64,000 nucleotides of DNA from Synergistaceae bacterium (GCA_031277095.1 JAISLU010000023.1:5-64004), one strand, 5' to 3'. Positions 34,783-43,597 are shown, numbered from the stretch's first letter. Notes: a model not told the origin generated them from the letters alone. Translations and numbers: made by a program.

Positions 34783-35472
34783 ATGACAAAATTTATTTCT
34801 CCCAAAGAGGCGGCTGCGCTGATCCCGGAGGGCGCTTCTATCATGTTCGGCGGTTTCATGGGCTGCGGCAACGCCCATAAAGTCATTGCCGAGCTGGCGA
34901 AGCTCGGTACAAAAAATCTGACGATGATCTCCAACGACGGCGCCATGTTCAACGGTCCCGATGGCAGCGAGTATTACGGCGTCGCAAAACTCATCCACAA
35001 CAAGCAGGTCAAAAAAATGTTCGCCACTCACGTGGGGCTGAACCCTGACGTGGCGCAGCAAATGAATGAAGGCACGTTGGAATTGGTGTTGATTCCCCAA
35101 GGCAGCATGGCGGAGATGATCCGCGCGGGCGGCGCGGGCTTGGGCGGGGTGCTGACGCCCACCGGCGTGGGGACCATTGTGGAAAAAGGCGAACACGTTC
35201 ACAGTAAAGTAGAAATCGACGGACGCGTCTATTTGTTGGAGCGCCCTCTTCGCGCGGATTTCGCGCTGATAAGCGGCTATAAAATCGACAAGGCGGGCAA
35301 CGTCTGGTACAAAGGGACCACCCGTAACTTCAGCGAAGCGATGGCAACCGCCGCGGATACCGTGATCGCGGAAGCTGAACACGTCGTCGAGATCGGCGAT
35401 ATCGCGCCCGAGGACATCGTCACGTTCGGCGTACTCGTCGATTATGTTGTTGCACCGGAGGAGGCTCAATAA
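34783..35472 (+). CDS. atoD: 3-oxoacid/acetate CoA-transferase subunit A
   Basis: IMFGGFMGCGNAHKVI, with an overall AtoD/ScoA-like sequence. Confidence 0.88.
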   Translation: MTKFISPKEAAALIPEGASIMFGGFMGCGNAHKVIAELAKLGTKNLTMISNDGAMFNGPDGSEYYGVAKLIHNKQVKKMFATHVGLNPDVAQQMNEGTLELVLIPQGSMAEMIRAGGAGLGGVLTPTGVGTIVEKGEHVHSKVEIDGRVYLLERPLRADFALISGYKIDKAGNVWYKGTTRNFSEAMATAADTVIAEAEHVVEIGDIAPEDIVTFGVLVDYVVAPEEAQ

Positions 35473-35474
35473 TT

Positions 35475-36128
35475 ATGGAAAACGCGAAATCCTTTATTGC
35501 GGCGCGCGTGGCAAAAGAACTGAAAGACGGCGACGTCGTCAACTTGGGTATTGGGCTGCCCACGATCGTTCCTTCTTATCTGCCCGAGGGCGTCAACCTC
35601 GTTCTGCAATCCGAAAACGGCATTATCGGAACCGGAGCGAAGCCTACCCCCGACCAAGCCGATCCGATGCACATAACAGACGCAGGGGGACAACCGGCTA
35701 TAGCGAGCCCCACCGGCGCCTATATCGATTCCACCGTGAGTTTCGGCCTGATCCGCGGAGGTCACGTGGACTGCACGATTTTAGGCGCACTGGAGGTGGA
35801 CCAGGAAGGCAACCTCGCCAATTGGATCATCCCCGGCAAAAAAGTACCGGGAATGGGAGGCGCGATGGACCTTGTCGTGGGAGCCAAAAAAGTGATCGTG
35901 GCCATGGAGCATACCGCCAAGGGAAGCCATAAAATCTTGAAAAAATGCAACCTTCCCCTCACCGCCATAAACTGCGTGGACTTGATCGTCACCGAAATGG
36001 GTGTGTTGGAGGTGACCCCGAAAGGATTGGTTTTGAAGGAATACAATCCCGAATTTACCGTAAAGCAGATTCAGGAAGCCACGGAAGCCGAGCTTATCAT
36101 CTCCGACGACTTGAAAGCGATGGCGTAG
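35475..36128 (+). CDS. atoA: 3-oxoacid/acetate CoA-transferase subunit B
   Basis: VNLGIGLPT and LQSENGIIG (catalytic Glu motif). Confidence 0.88.
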   Translation: MENAKSFIAARVAKELKDGDVVNLGIGLPTIVPSYLPEGVNLVLQSENGIIGTGAKPTPDQADPMHITDAGGQPAIASPTGAYIDSTVSFGLIRGGHVDCTILGALEVDQEGNLANWIIPGKKVPGMGGAMDLVVGAKKVIVAMEHTAKGSHKILKKCNLPLTAINCVDLIVTEMGVLEVTPKGLVLKEYNPEFTVKQIQEATEAELIISDDLKAMA

Positions 36129-36144
36129 TCAAAACAAAAAGTCA

Positions 36145-36182
36145 AAAAGTCAAAAATATAAGCCCCCGGTCACGCCGGGGGC
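36145..36182 (-). terminator. Rho-independent terminator of the tRNA-Gln/tRNA-Glu transcript
   Basis: GCCCCCGG-5 nt-CCGGGGGC hairpin at 36162-36182. On the minus strand it is followed by TTATATTTTTGACTTTTT. Confidence 0.6.
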
Positions 36183-36217
36183 AAAATCGCTAAACCAAAT
36201 CAATCCAATCAAATCAA

Positions 36218-36293
36218 TGGCGGCCCCAACGGGGTTCGAACCCGTGTTTTAGCCTTGAGAGGGCTACGACCTAGGCCGCTAGTCGATGGGGCC
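36218..36293 (-). tRNA. tRNA-Glu (anticodon CTC), CCA encoded
   Basis: Reverse complement is GGCCCCATCGACTAGCGGCCTAGGTCGTAGCCCTCTCAAGGCTAAAACACGGGTTCGAACCCCGTTGGGGCCGCCA. Acceptor GGCCCCA/TGGGGCC, anticodon arm TAGCC-CTCTCAA-GGCTA. Confidence 0.85.
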
Positions 36294-36309
36294 GCAAATA
36301 TTTACCACT

Positions 36310-36383
36310 TGGCTGGGGAACAGGGACTCGAACCCCGATTACCTGATCCAGAGTCAGGCGTGCTGCCATTGCACCATTCCCCA
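36310..36383 (-). tRNA. tRNA-Gln (anticodon CTG), CCA encoded
   Basis: Reverse complement is TGGGGAATGGTGCAATGGCAGCACGCCTGACTCTGGATCAGGTAATCGGGGTTCGAGTCCCTGTTCCCCAGCCA. Acceptor TGGGGAA/TTCCCCA, anticodon arm CCTGA-CTCTGGA-TCAGG. Confidence 0.88.
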
Positions 36384-36402
36384 CTGCCGCACAATCGTCA
36401 AA

Positions 36403-36430
36403 ATCTTATCAGAAACAAAGAGGTTGTCAA
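36403..36430 (-). promoter_or_regulatory. Sigma-70-type promoter of the tRNA-Gln/Glu operon
   Basis: On the minus strand: TTGACA-16 nt-TAAGAT, with the -10 ending about 20 nt before the tRNA-Gln 5' end. Confidence 0.45.
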
Positions 36431-36730
36431 GCCACAATGCTCCAAATCTGTGAGATGTTGAAGCAGCAAAAATCGTCCAATTCCTTGTATTGCGAAGATT
36501 GACAGTACTTTTCTGAGTGCATCTCGCGGATTTGGGATTGCCGGTGGATATAAATACAGGTAATTTAACGCCTGTGTTTGCCTCACTACCTGTTTTTAAA
36601 AAACTTCTGCCTCAAAAAAACACTCATGCCGCATATTTGTTGACCTCATCAAACTCTGCTGTTAACATAAAGTTCAATCACGATAAATATTTGTGGGGAA
36701 GCAAAAATATTCAGTGCGGAGGGATTTTTT

Positions 36731-37573
36731 ATGTGGGTTCAATTCAAGAAAATTTTGTTGTTTACACTGGCTGTCTTTTTTACCGTATGCCCATCGGCCG
36801 CCTTTTCCGAGGAAGTGGATTTCACAGTTACATCGCAATTGATGTCACCTTCGAAAAACGCGGCCGGTCTGATATTCCTGGCGACTCCGGCCACCGAGGC
36901 ATTCACTGAGCAGCAAAAAGTCGCCGCTGACCATGCCCTGATATGGGCATACGAAATTCCCAAAATCGACGGCAGCGAATCTCGATTCTTTACAGAGGGC
37001 ACCCATCAGCTTTCCAATGAGAGCGGTTTTAGCTTCGCGATCCAGACAACCGGTGAAAGTGCCGGGAAATCCGCAATTGTAGGCTTGAATGCACTTTTTT
37101 ATTTCACGCCTGAAAATTTGGGACAAGAGAAATACGACGCGATGCTGGCCAAGCTGGAAGCAGCCGAGAACTACGAAGGTTGGTGCGTCGCAAGCCCCAT
37201 ACTGGCAGATTTGAGACTATCGGTCAACTGCCGTTATCCCGATGGTAGCCAGCGCGATATCACTTCGGTCATCACGGCCTTCATCAGCATAGGAGAAAAG
37301 GATTCGGAAAAGCTGCTGCTTTCCTACGGGGCTGTGATTGCAGACAGGGCAGTCACCGACAAGGAAGGGGAAGAACTCTTCCTGAGCGATGAGACCGAGG
37401 TGCTTTTAAGCGACGGAAAGCATGACGACGTCATCACCGGAACCTGGTGGATAGCGGATAAATCCAGCTCCGGCGAAAAAAGCGGCGGCGGTTGTAATGG
37501 CGTAACTTCTGGAATGTTGGTCTCCCTGATTGCCGCTGCAGCCGTAATGAAAATTCGACAAAAATTAGGATAG
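36731..37573 (+). CDS. Secreted hypothetical protein with a C-terminal sorting-signal-like tail (Gly/Ser-Cys motif, TM helix, basic end)
   Basis: Signal peptide MWVQFKKILLFTLAVFFTVCPSAAFS. The C-terminus is SSSGEKSGGGCNGVTSGMLVSLIAAAAVMKIRQKLG. Lower GC than the backbone. Confidence 0.7.
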   Translation: MWVQFKKILLFTLAVFFTVCPSAAFSEEVDFTVTSQLMSPSKNAAGLIFLATPATEAFTEQQKVAADHALIWAYEIPKIDGSESRFFTEGTHQLSNESGFSFAIQTTGESAGKSAIVGLNALFYFTPENLGQEKYDAMLAKLEAAENYEGWCVASPILADLRLSVNCRYPDGSQRDITSVITAFISIGEKDSEKLLLSYGAVIADRAVTDKEGEELFLSDETEVLLSDGKHDDVITGTWWIADKSSSGEKSGGGCNGVTSGMLVSLIAAAAVMKIRQKLG

Positions 37574-37688
37574 AGAATTAGTGTGAACTGAGCGTCCTTA
37601 GGTTCGTAAACCTCCGATCTGGCTCGGTCATACAGGCCTTTGTCGGAGGTTTTCAATAGTTTTGCCGTTGTGTGTTTCAATGTGCGCA

Positions 37689-38672
37689 TCATGCCTTTGC
37701 ATTGTCTTTCGGATTATGGGAAATGTATTCTCGGTACTCGGTCGGCGTCACTCCATAAGTATGCTTAAAAATTTCCGAGAAGCGACTGGGATTTTTGAAC
37801 CCGATCTCCTGTGAAATTGTGTATAGAGGAATATCGGGATTCTCAATTTTATACAGTGCCGATGTCATCCGATTCTTTTGCAGATACTCATGGATCGTGC
37901 AGCCAAACGCCGTCTTGAAATCGTTTTGAAGTTTAGTGACGCTCGTTCCTGTCAGAAAGGCGAGTTCCGATAATTTCGGAGGAGAAGAAAGCTGCGTTGC
38001 CACAATATCTTTTACGCGGCTCACAGCTTCAAAATCATCTTGCTTCAGGCGGTTCTGCCGGCGGGGCAGCCATCTTCCAGAGTTTTCCGCGGAGAGGACG
38101 AACAGTATTTCTGCCATTTTACTTTCGTAGTAGAGTTCGGAATCAGTGCCGTACGACATATTGCGCCTGACTTGCTCGAAAATGAATCTCAGTTCGGGGC
38201 TTGGCCAATTTTTGTTGTTCATTGAAAACAGGTGATCTACGTTTAAATAATCGTTGGGGAAACGCTGTTTCAAGTAAGACTGGTAGAACTCTTCCTGAAT
38301 TATAATTCTGACTCCCTTGATTGGAACGGTATGAGAGAAAAATATCTCTCCGCTGTTGCCTTGATTCATATAAACGTAAATACCTTTGCCATAATTGAAT
38401 TCTCCTTCGCCATGCTCGCGGTTCACTGCCTCCAGGGAGTCGAGGCACAACAGTTCTATAAAGCGTTCCTGTGTTTCATAGGGTATTACGACGGGACGGT
38501 TGAATTGAAAATCCATATTTTCCACCGAGAACTTCCCGTCAAAGGAAAGAAGTTGTACGACGCCCTTTCGGATGGAGTCCGTTTTTTCGAAATAACACTC
38601 ATTGTCATTTTGGGTAAACTTACAGCGTCTGACGAAACGCTCTAAAACCCTGTTTTTTGTGTATAACTGCAA
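37689..38672 (-). CDS. AraC-family transcriptional regulator
   Basis: C-terminal double HTH (LAFLTGTSVTKLQNDFKTAFGCTIHEYLQKNRMTSA...GFKNPSRFSEIFKHTYGVTPTEYR). Confidence 0.85.
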   Translation of the reverse strand: MQLYTKNRVLERFVRRCKFTQNDNECYFEKTDSIRKGVVQLLSFDGKFSVENMDFQFNRPVVIPYETQERFIELLCLDSLEAVNREHGEGEFNYGKGIYVYMNQGNSGEIFFSHTVPIKGVRIIIQEEFYQSYLKQRFPNDYLNVDHLFSMNNKNWPSPELRFIFEQVRRNMSYGTDSELYYESKMAEILFVLSAENSGRWLPRRQNRLKQDDFEAVSRVKDIVATQLSSPPKLSELAFLTGTSVTKLQNDFKTAFGCTIHEYLQKNRMTSALYKIENPDIPLYTISQEIGFKNPSRFSEIFKHTYGVTPTEYREYISHNPKDNAKA

Positions 38673-38689
38673 AATCTTTCACCTGCGCG

Positions 38690-39175
38690 CTACAGACCGC
38701 ATATCCGCACGGGCTCGGGGTCGCGAAAAATCGACGCCATGTCCTCTATTGTGCGCTCTGTGACAGGGTGGACCCAAAGGGGAAGAATTTGAGCCAGGGG
38801 GATCAGCACAAAGCCCCGCCGGTGCATCTCTTTGTGGGGAATATGCAGGTCCGGCGAGTGGTGAATCAGGGAACCCATCGTCAGAACGTCGATATCCACA
38901 ATCCGCTCGCCCCAGCGCCGCGTCGCTCTGCGGCCCATTTTCGCCTCGATGTCCTTTACCCGCCTCAGCAGCTCCTCCGGTTGGAGGGCGCATTCCGCCA
39001 GGATACAGGCGTTCAGAAAATAGGGCTGGTCCGTCACGCCCCAGGGGGCGGTCTCGAAAACGTCGCTGGTCCGAATGACCTCCAGCCCCGCGCCTTTCAA
39101 AAAACGCAAGGCGGTGCGCAGATGCAGTAGCCTATTGCCCAAGTTGCTTCCGACGCTCAGAGTCGCGGCGGGCAT
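38690..39175 (-). CDS. folK: 2-amino-4-hydroxy-6-hydroxymethyldihydropteridine diphosphokinase
   Basis: LSVGSNLGNR, TAPWG, RWGERIVDIDVL and PHKEMHRRGFVL motifs. Confidence 0.9.
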   Translation of the reverse strand: MPAATLSVGSNLGNRLLHLRTALRFLKGAGLEVIRTSDVFETAPWGVTDQPYFLNACILAECALQPEELLRRVKDIEAKMGRRATRRWGERIVDIDVLTMGSLIHHSPDLHIPHKEMHRRGFVLIPLAQILPLWVHPVTERTIEDMASIFRDPEPVRICGL

Positions 39176-40386
39176 CAGAAAACGTCCTTTATGGCGCGGG
39201 CCATCGAAAGCGCTCCCATGTTCTCGCGGACGTCGTGTACCCTGGTCATCTGGACGCGCCCCTCTATCAGAGCGGTGACGGCTATGGTCCCCGACAGACG
39301 GTCGTCCGTCTTTTCCGCGCCCGTGACCCTTCCCGTAAAATTTTTGCGGGAGTAACCCAGAAGGATGGGGCAGCCGAAAACCCTCAAACTTTCGATCTCC
39401 TTGAGGATCAGGAGGTTGTCTTCCATGCGCTTGCCGAAGCCCAGGCCGGGATCGAGGATTAAACGCTCCCGCCCCAGCCCCGCCTGCTCCGCCTCCTCTA
39501 TTTTCTGCCGGAAATAAACATTGAGCTCGCTCAGCAGGTCGTCATAGGCCGGCGAACGCTGCATGTTCGAGGGCGTCCCTTTGATGTGGGACAAAACGTA
39601 AGGCAGGCCGGATTCCGCGGCGCGGGACAGCATATCGGGGGCCAGCCCGAAACCTCCCACGTCGTTGATGATGTCGGCCCCGGCCTCGGCTGCGGCGGCC
39701 GCCACCTTGCCTTTGTAGGTATCCACGGACAAAACGGCCGCGGGAAAGGCCTCTCGAAGGGCTTTCACGCCGGGGATCAACCGGGAAATCTCCTCTTCCT
39801 CGGGAATAGGGACGGAGCCGGGGCGCGTGGACTCCGCGCCTACGTCCAGCACGTCCGCTCCATCTTTCAGCATGGCCGAGGCTCGCTCCAGCAAAGTGTC
39901 GAGATCTTTGACGCGGCTTCCGGCGTGGAAGGAGTCGTCGGTCAGGTTCAAGATCCCCATGATTTTCGTGCGAACGTCCAAAACCAATTCGCGCCCTCTG
40001 GGCAGGCGCAGGGTCCAGGACGACAAGGCGGTATTCCCCACAAGCCGGCGCAGGCCCTCCCTCAGGTCCTCGAGCCCCCAGCAGTCCATAGCCTCCATTT
40101 TTTGCAAAAGGGCGGCCAACTGTCCGTCCGTTCCCAACAGCAGAATGTCGCTGCGCTCGGCTTTGCCGTCGATCACGTGCTTCGCCACGACGGCGTCTCC
40201 TCCCCGGGCCAGCAGCTCCTGTTTCACGTAAGCGGCGGCCCGGAAGTCCACGCTTTTGACAAAAAGATGCCGTCTGCGCCGTTTGGGCTGGAAATAAGCG
40301 TTGGAGCGCGGGTCGGCCCCGATGCGGGCGATCATTTCGCTCAATTCTCTCGACGAATGGATATTCAAAGGGTAGATAACGCACAT
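39175..40386 (-). CDS. folP: Dihydropteroate synthase with a ~135-aa N-terminal extra domain
   Basis: The DHPS core has GILNLTDDSF, DVGAESTRPG, SVDTYK, IINDV and DPGLGFGK motifs. ATGA overlap with folK. Start is uncertain (40386 or 40413). Confidence 0.85.
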   Translation of the reverse strand: MCVIYPLNIHSSRELSEMIARIGADPRSNAYFQPKRRRRHLFVKSVDFRAAAYVKQELLARGGDAVVAKHVIDGKAERSDILLLGTDGQLAALLQKMEAMDCWGLEDLREGLRRLVGNTALSSWTLRLPRGRELVLDVRTKIMGILNLTDDSFHAGSRVKDLDTLLERASAMLKDGADVLDVGAESTRPGSVPIPEEEEISRLIPGVKALREAFPAAVLSVDTYKGKVAAAAAEAGADIINDVGGFGLAPDMLSRAAESGLPYVLSHIKGTPSNMQRSPAYDDLLSELNVYFRQKIEEAEQAGLGRERLILDPGLGFGKRMEDNLLILKEIESLRVFGCPILLGYSRKNFTGRVTGAEKTDDRLSGTIAVTALIEGRVQMTRVHDVRENMGALSMARAIKDVF

Positions 40387-40598
40387 ATTCGTATTGGGTC
40401 TCCTTTTTCTCATACTACTATACTTTGTGTTAATATTTTGCAAGGATTTTTCATGGGCAAAAGGGTAAAAATGACGTATTGGCGCGCTTGTCAGCGTGAC
40501 AGTCACTGTGAAGGGCAGCGTGATAGCCGCACGAGCGCATTTTTCGATAAGGTTGAAGTTTTCAAATATAATTTCCAATCGGAAAGGAGTGTTGGCGA

Positions 40599-41858
40599 AT
40601 GGATGCGGGGGACAAAGGATATCAAAAAATGTTGGAGCGCAGACCGCTGAACGTCAAAGCCTTATGGGGGAACGAGAACGTCGGTTTGGTCAGCGGACGG
40701 GATATTTTCGCCGCGGCGAAAGAACTGGGGTGTGTCATTCTGGCTGCGAACTGCCGCTGCCCTCTGACGACGAAGGGGATTTTGAGGGCCGCTAAAAAGC
40801 TGAACTCCGCCGTGGTGCTGGAAATCGCGAAGTCCGAAGCGGGCTATTGTCACGGCAACTTCGAGAATCTCCCGTCCTACGCCGTGAAATACTCGAAAGA
40901 GCTGGGCGACGGCGTAATTTTTGCCATGCACGTGGACCACTACGGCATCAAGGGAACGGCCGACGTCAACAAAGCCGTGTCTCACCTTCCCAAGCTGGTG
41001 TCTCAGGGATGGACCTCCATAGCCGTTGACGCCTCCCATCTTCAGGATTACGAAAACCTATGCGCGACCCGGGACGTCGCCATGAGCATCCCCGCCTACC
41101 TGGGGCTGGAGGTGGAGGTGGGCGAAATCAAGGGCGCGGGCGAACTTTCCACGGTGGAGGAAGCGCTTTTCTTCATCGGCGGCTTGAACGCCTGGGGGAT
41201 ATATCCCGATTTGCTCGCCATATCCAACGGTTCGCTGCACGGGACCTACGACGCCGCCAGCGGTGAGCAGGAGGGCATCGACCTGAAACGCACGCTGGAA
41301 ATCGCCGACGCCATCGCTCCCTACGGCGTTTCCATCGCCCAGCACGGTATCTCGGGAACGCCCCTCAGCAAGGTGGAGGAATTTCACAAGTTTCGTATCA
41401 ACAAGGGCAACGTCGCGACCCTGTTCCAGAACGTAGCGTTCGGCATCCGCATGGATCCCAACACCGGCAACGCGGACACGTCCTCGGGTTCTTACGTGAA
41501 GGAGAACGGGCGGGGCATCAGCGACGCCCTGTGGAGCAAAATCGTCTCCTGGGCGGACGGCGAAAAGATAAACCGGAAAAGCGGCGACTACAAAAAAGCG
41601 AACTTGCCCTTCGGCCCGGCCATCATGAACGAGCCCGAAGAGGTGACGGAGCGGATCGTCGCCGAAACGGAAGAGTGGGCGGCCCGTTTTATCAAGGCCA
41701 TGAAGAGCGAGGGCAGCGCCGATAAGGTCGTCGAAGTGATGAACCGTCGTCTCGACCACAACTCGGCGCCCGACCGCAAGCCGGCCAATCCCCGCGCGAA
41801 CTACACCGAAGACCATGCCCCGAACAAAAAGAAGGGCGAAGGGAACTTCGACGACTGA
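40599..41858 (+). CDS. Class II (metal-dependent) fructose/ketose-bisphosphate aldolase family protein
   Basis: ILAANCRCP, AMHVDHYG, AVDASH, LEVEVGEIKG, NGSLHGTY and AQHGISG, as in the F_bP_aldolase fold. An alternative start is at 40629. Confidence 0.7.
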   Translation: MDAGDKGYQKMLERRPLNVKALWGNENVGLVSGRDIFAAAKELGCVILAANCRCPLTTKGILRAAKKLNSAVVLEIAKSEAGYCHGNFENLPSYAVKYSKELGDGVIFAMHVDHYGIKGTADVNKAVSHLPKLVSQGWTSIAVDASHLQDYENLCATRDVAMSIPAYLGLEVEVGEIKGAGELSTVEEALFFIGGLNAWGIYPDLLAISNGSLHGTYDAASGEQEGIDLKRTLEIADAIAPYGVSIAQHGISGTPLSKVEEFHKFRINKGNVATLFQNVAFGIRMDPNTGNADTSSGSYVKENGRGISDALWSKIVSWADGEKINRKSGDYKKANLPFGPAIMNEPEEVTERIVAETEEWAARFIKAMKSEGSADKVVEVMNRRLDHNSAPDRKPANPRANYTEDHAPNKKKGEGNFDD

Positions 41859-42031
41859 AAAAGAATCAAGAAAGAAATAGTGGACTCCGCCACACCCGGG
41901 GTATGGACGCCTTCAAGGCGTCGACCCTGGGGGCGTGCGGAAAGTCACATATCACCGAAGAGCTGCAGTGAGCGATGAATCTCGCCGGCTCTCACAATAT
42001 ACCCACAATACGCCAGGGTACGATTTGGGTC

Positions 42032-42059
42032 TTGACACAACATAAATGAGTAATAAAAT
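42032..42059 (+). promoter_or_regulatory. Near-consensus sigma-70 promoter (TTGACA-16 nt-TAAAAT) overlapped by an 8-3-8 palindrome
   Basis: TTGACA at 42032-42037, TAAAAT at 42054-42059, and palindrome TGAGTAAT-AAA-ATTACTCA at 42047-42065. Confidence 0.45.
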
Positions 42060-42066
42060 TACTCAC

Positions 42067-42753
42067 ATGATGGACTCATTGATTTCTTCAAAAACACGTA
42101 TAAAACTACTCATGAAATTTTTTTTGAACTCCGACGTATCGGCTCACCTTCGTGGATTGGCCGAAGAGTTCGGGGAATCCACCAATGCCGTGCGAGTGGA
42201 GCTGAATCGTCTGTGCGCGGCGGGTTTTTTGCGGGAGCTTTCGGCGGATGCGGGAAGCGGCGGAAATGGAGCAGGGGGAAATGGAGGAGGAAGGAAAAAA
42301 AGCTACTGCGCCAATCCTTCGCACCCGCTGTTTCCCGAGCTTCAGCGCATCGTGCGCAAGGTCCTGGGCATCGACCAGTTGGTGGACGGTATTGTGGAGC
42401 GTCTGGGGAACGTGAAGCTGGCGCTTGTCACCGGGGACTACGCCCACGGAATCGACAGCGGGATCATCGATCTGACCCTGGTGGGCGACGTGGATAAACA
42501 ATATTTGAACACTCTGGTGGAAAAAGTGGAGAACCTGATCGCCCGCAAGGTGCGTGTTCTTGTATTGTCGCCCGAGGAGTACGAAAAATTGCTGGGAACC
42601 TTGAGGCCGGAAGAATCTTTGTTTCTGTGGGGAGATAGAGAAAGTTTGGCAAAAGCGAGTTTGGCGAAAGAAAATATTGCAAAAGAGAATATTGCAAAAG
42701 AAAATATTGTGTTGGAAAATTTTGCGTTGGAGCCTGTGAAAAATGCCGGATAA
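42067..42753 (+). CDS. Winged-helix (ArsR-like) regulator fused to a nucleotidyltransferase-like domain
   Basis: MMDSLISSKTRIKLLMKFFLNSDVSAHLRGLAEEFGESTNAVRVELNRL. The ORF opens at 42046, but ATG 42067/42070 fits homologous N-termini and the promoter. The C-terminal repeat is LAKENIAKENIAKENIVLENFALE. Confidence 0.7.
   Translation: MMDSLISSKTRIKLLMKFFLNSDVSAHLRGLAEEFGESTNAVRVELNRLCAAGFLRELSADAGSGGNGAGGNGGGRKKSYCANPSHPLFPELQRIVRKVLGIDQLVDGIVERLGNVKLALVTGDYAHGIDSGIIDLTLVGDVDKQYLNTLVEKVENLIARKVRVLVLSPEEYEKLLGTLRPEESLFLWGDRESLAKASLAKENIAKENIAKENIVLENFALEPVKNAG
42643..42732 (+). repeat. Tandem array 15 nt x6 at the 3' end of the regulator gene, ending 10 nt before the wzm start
   Basis: AGTTTGGCAAAAGCG AGTTTGGCGAAAGAA AATATTGCAAAAGAG AATATTGCAAAAGAA AATATTGTGTTGGAA AATTTTGCGTTGGAG. 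Confidence 0.9.
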
Positions 42754-43597
42754 CCTGGGTTTCTCGAAAAGTGCCGAGGCGGAAAAATTCGATTTGATCA
42801 TCGAGCCCAACCGGGCGGCGTCGGCTTTCTTCAAGGAGCTGGTCCGTTACCGCGAGCTTTTCTATTTCTTGGCTTGGCGGGACATCTTGGTGCGCTACAA
42901 GCAGACGGTGATCGGTATTGCCTGGAGCGTCATCCGGCCGTTTCTGACCATGATCGTGTTCAGCGTCGTCTTCGGCCGCTTGGCGAAGCTGCCGAACGAA
43001 GGGGTACCCTACCCTATTTTAGTGTTTTCCGCGATGCTGCCCTGGCAGTATTTCGCCAACGCCATGCAGGAGAGTTCGAACTCCTTGATCGCGGAATCCC
43101 GCCTGATCAGCAAGGTTTATTTCCCCCGGCTGATCGTGCCCACCAGCTCCGTGATCGTCAGCGCGGTGGATTTTTTGATTTCCCTCGTGCTGTTGGGGGT
43201 TTTGATGTTGTGGTACGGTTTTATCCCATCCCCCGGCATGGTGTTGCTCCCGTTCTTTTTCCTTATGGCGACGCTGGCGGCTTTGGGCGTGGGGTTCTGG
43301 CTGTCCGCGCTGAACGTGAAATACCGGGATTTCCGTTATATCGTGCCCTTTTTGGTGCAATTCGGGCTTTACGTCTCGCCTGTGGGCTTTTCCAGCTCCG
43401 TCGTTCCAGAAAGGTGGCGTGCCCTCTACAGTCTGAACCCCATGGTGGGTGTGATCGACGGCTTCCGATGGTGTATCCAGGGCGGTTTCCTCTACCTTCC
43501 GGGCTTTGCCGTCTCCGTGGCGACCTCCGCCCTCCTCTTCTGGAGCGGCGTAAAATTCTTCCGCCGCACCGAACGCTTCTTCGCGGACTTTATCTGA
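42743..43597 (+). CDS. wzm: ABC-2 type polysaccharide export permease
   Basis: YRELFYFLAWRDILVRYKQTVIGIAWSVIRPFLTM, typical of Wzm/TagG. Six TM segments. Confidence 0.85.
   Translation: MPDNLGFSKSAEAEKFDLIIEPNRAASAFFKELVRYRELFYFLAWRDILVRYKQTVIGIAWSVIRPFLTMIVFSVVFGRLAKLPNEGVPYPILVFSAMLPWQYFANAMQESSNSLIAESRLISKVYFPRLIVPTSSVIVSAVDFLISLVLLGVLMLWYGFIPSPGMVLLPFFFLMATLAALGVGFWLSALNVKYRDFRYIVPFLVQFGLYVSPVGFSSSVVPERWRALYSLNPMVGVIDGFRWCIQGGFLYLPGFAVSVATSALLFWSGVKFFRRTERFFADFI

Noticed and set aside
36130-36217. GTCAAAAA x3 and AATCAA repeats between atoA and tRNA-Glu, considered as att or iteron sites
   Set aside because: They are short A-rich low-complexity sequence that doubles as the U-tract of the minus-strand tRNA terminator. 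There is no partner repeat at the other side of the islet.
41893-41945. Hairpin (GACGCCT-TCA-AGGCGTC nested in a longer imperfect palindrome) after the aldolase gene, considered as an intrinsic terminator
   Set aside because: No U-tract follows on either strand. It may be a REP-like structure or a Rho-dependent site, but this cannot be supported from sequence alone.
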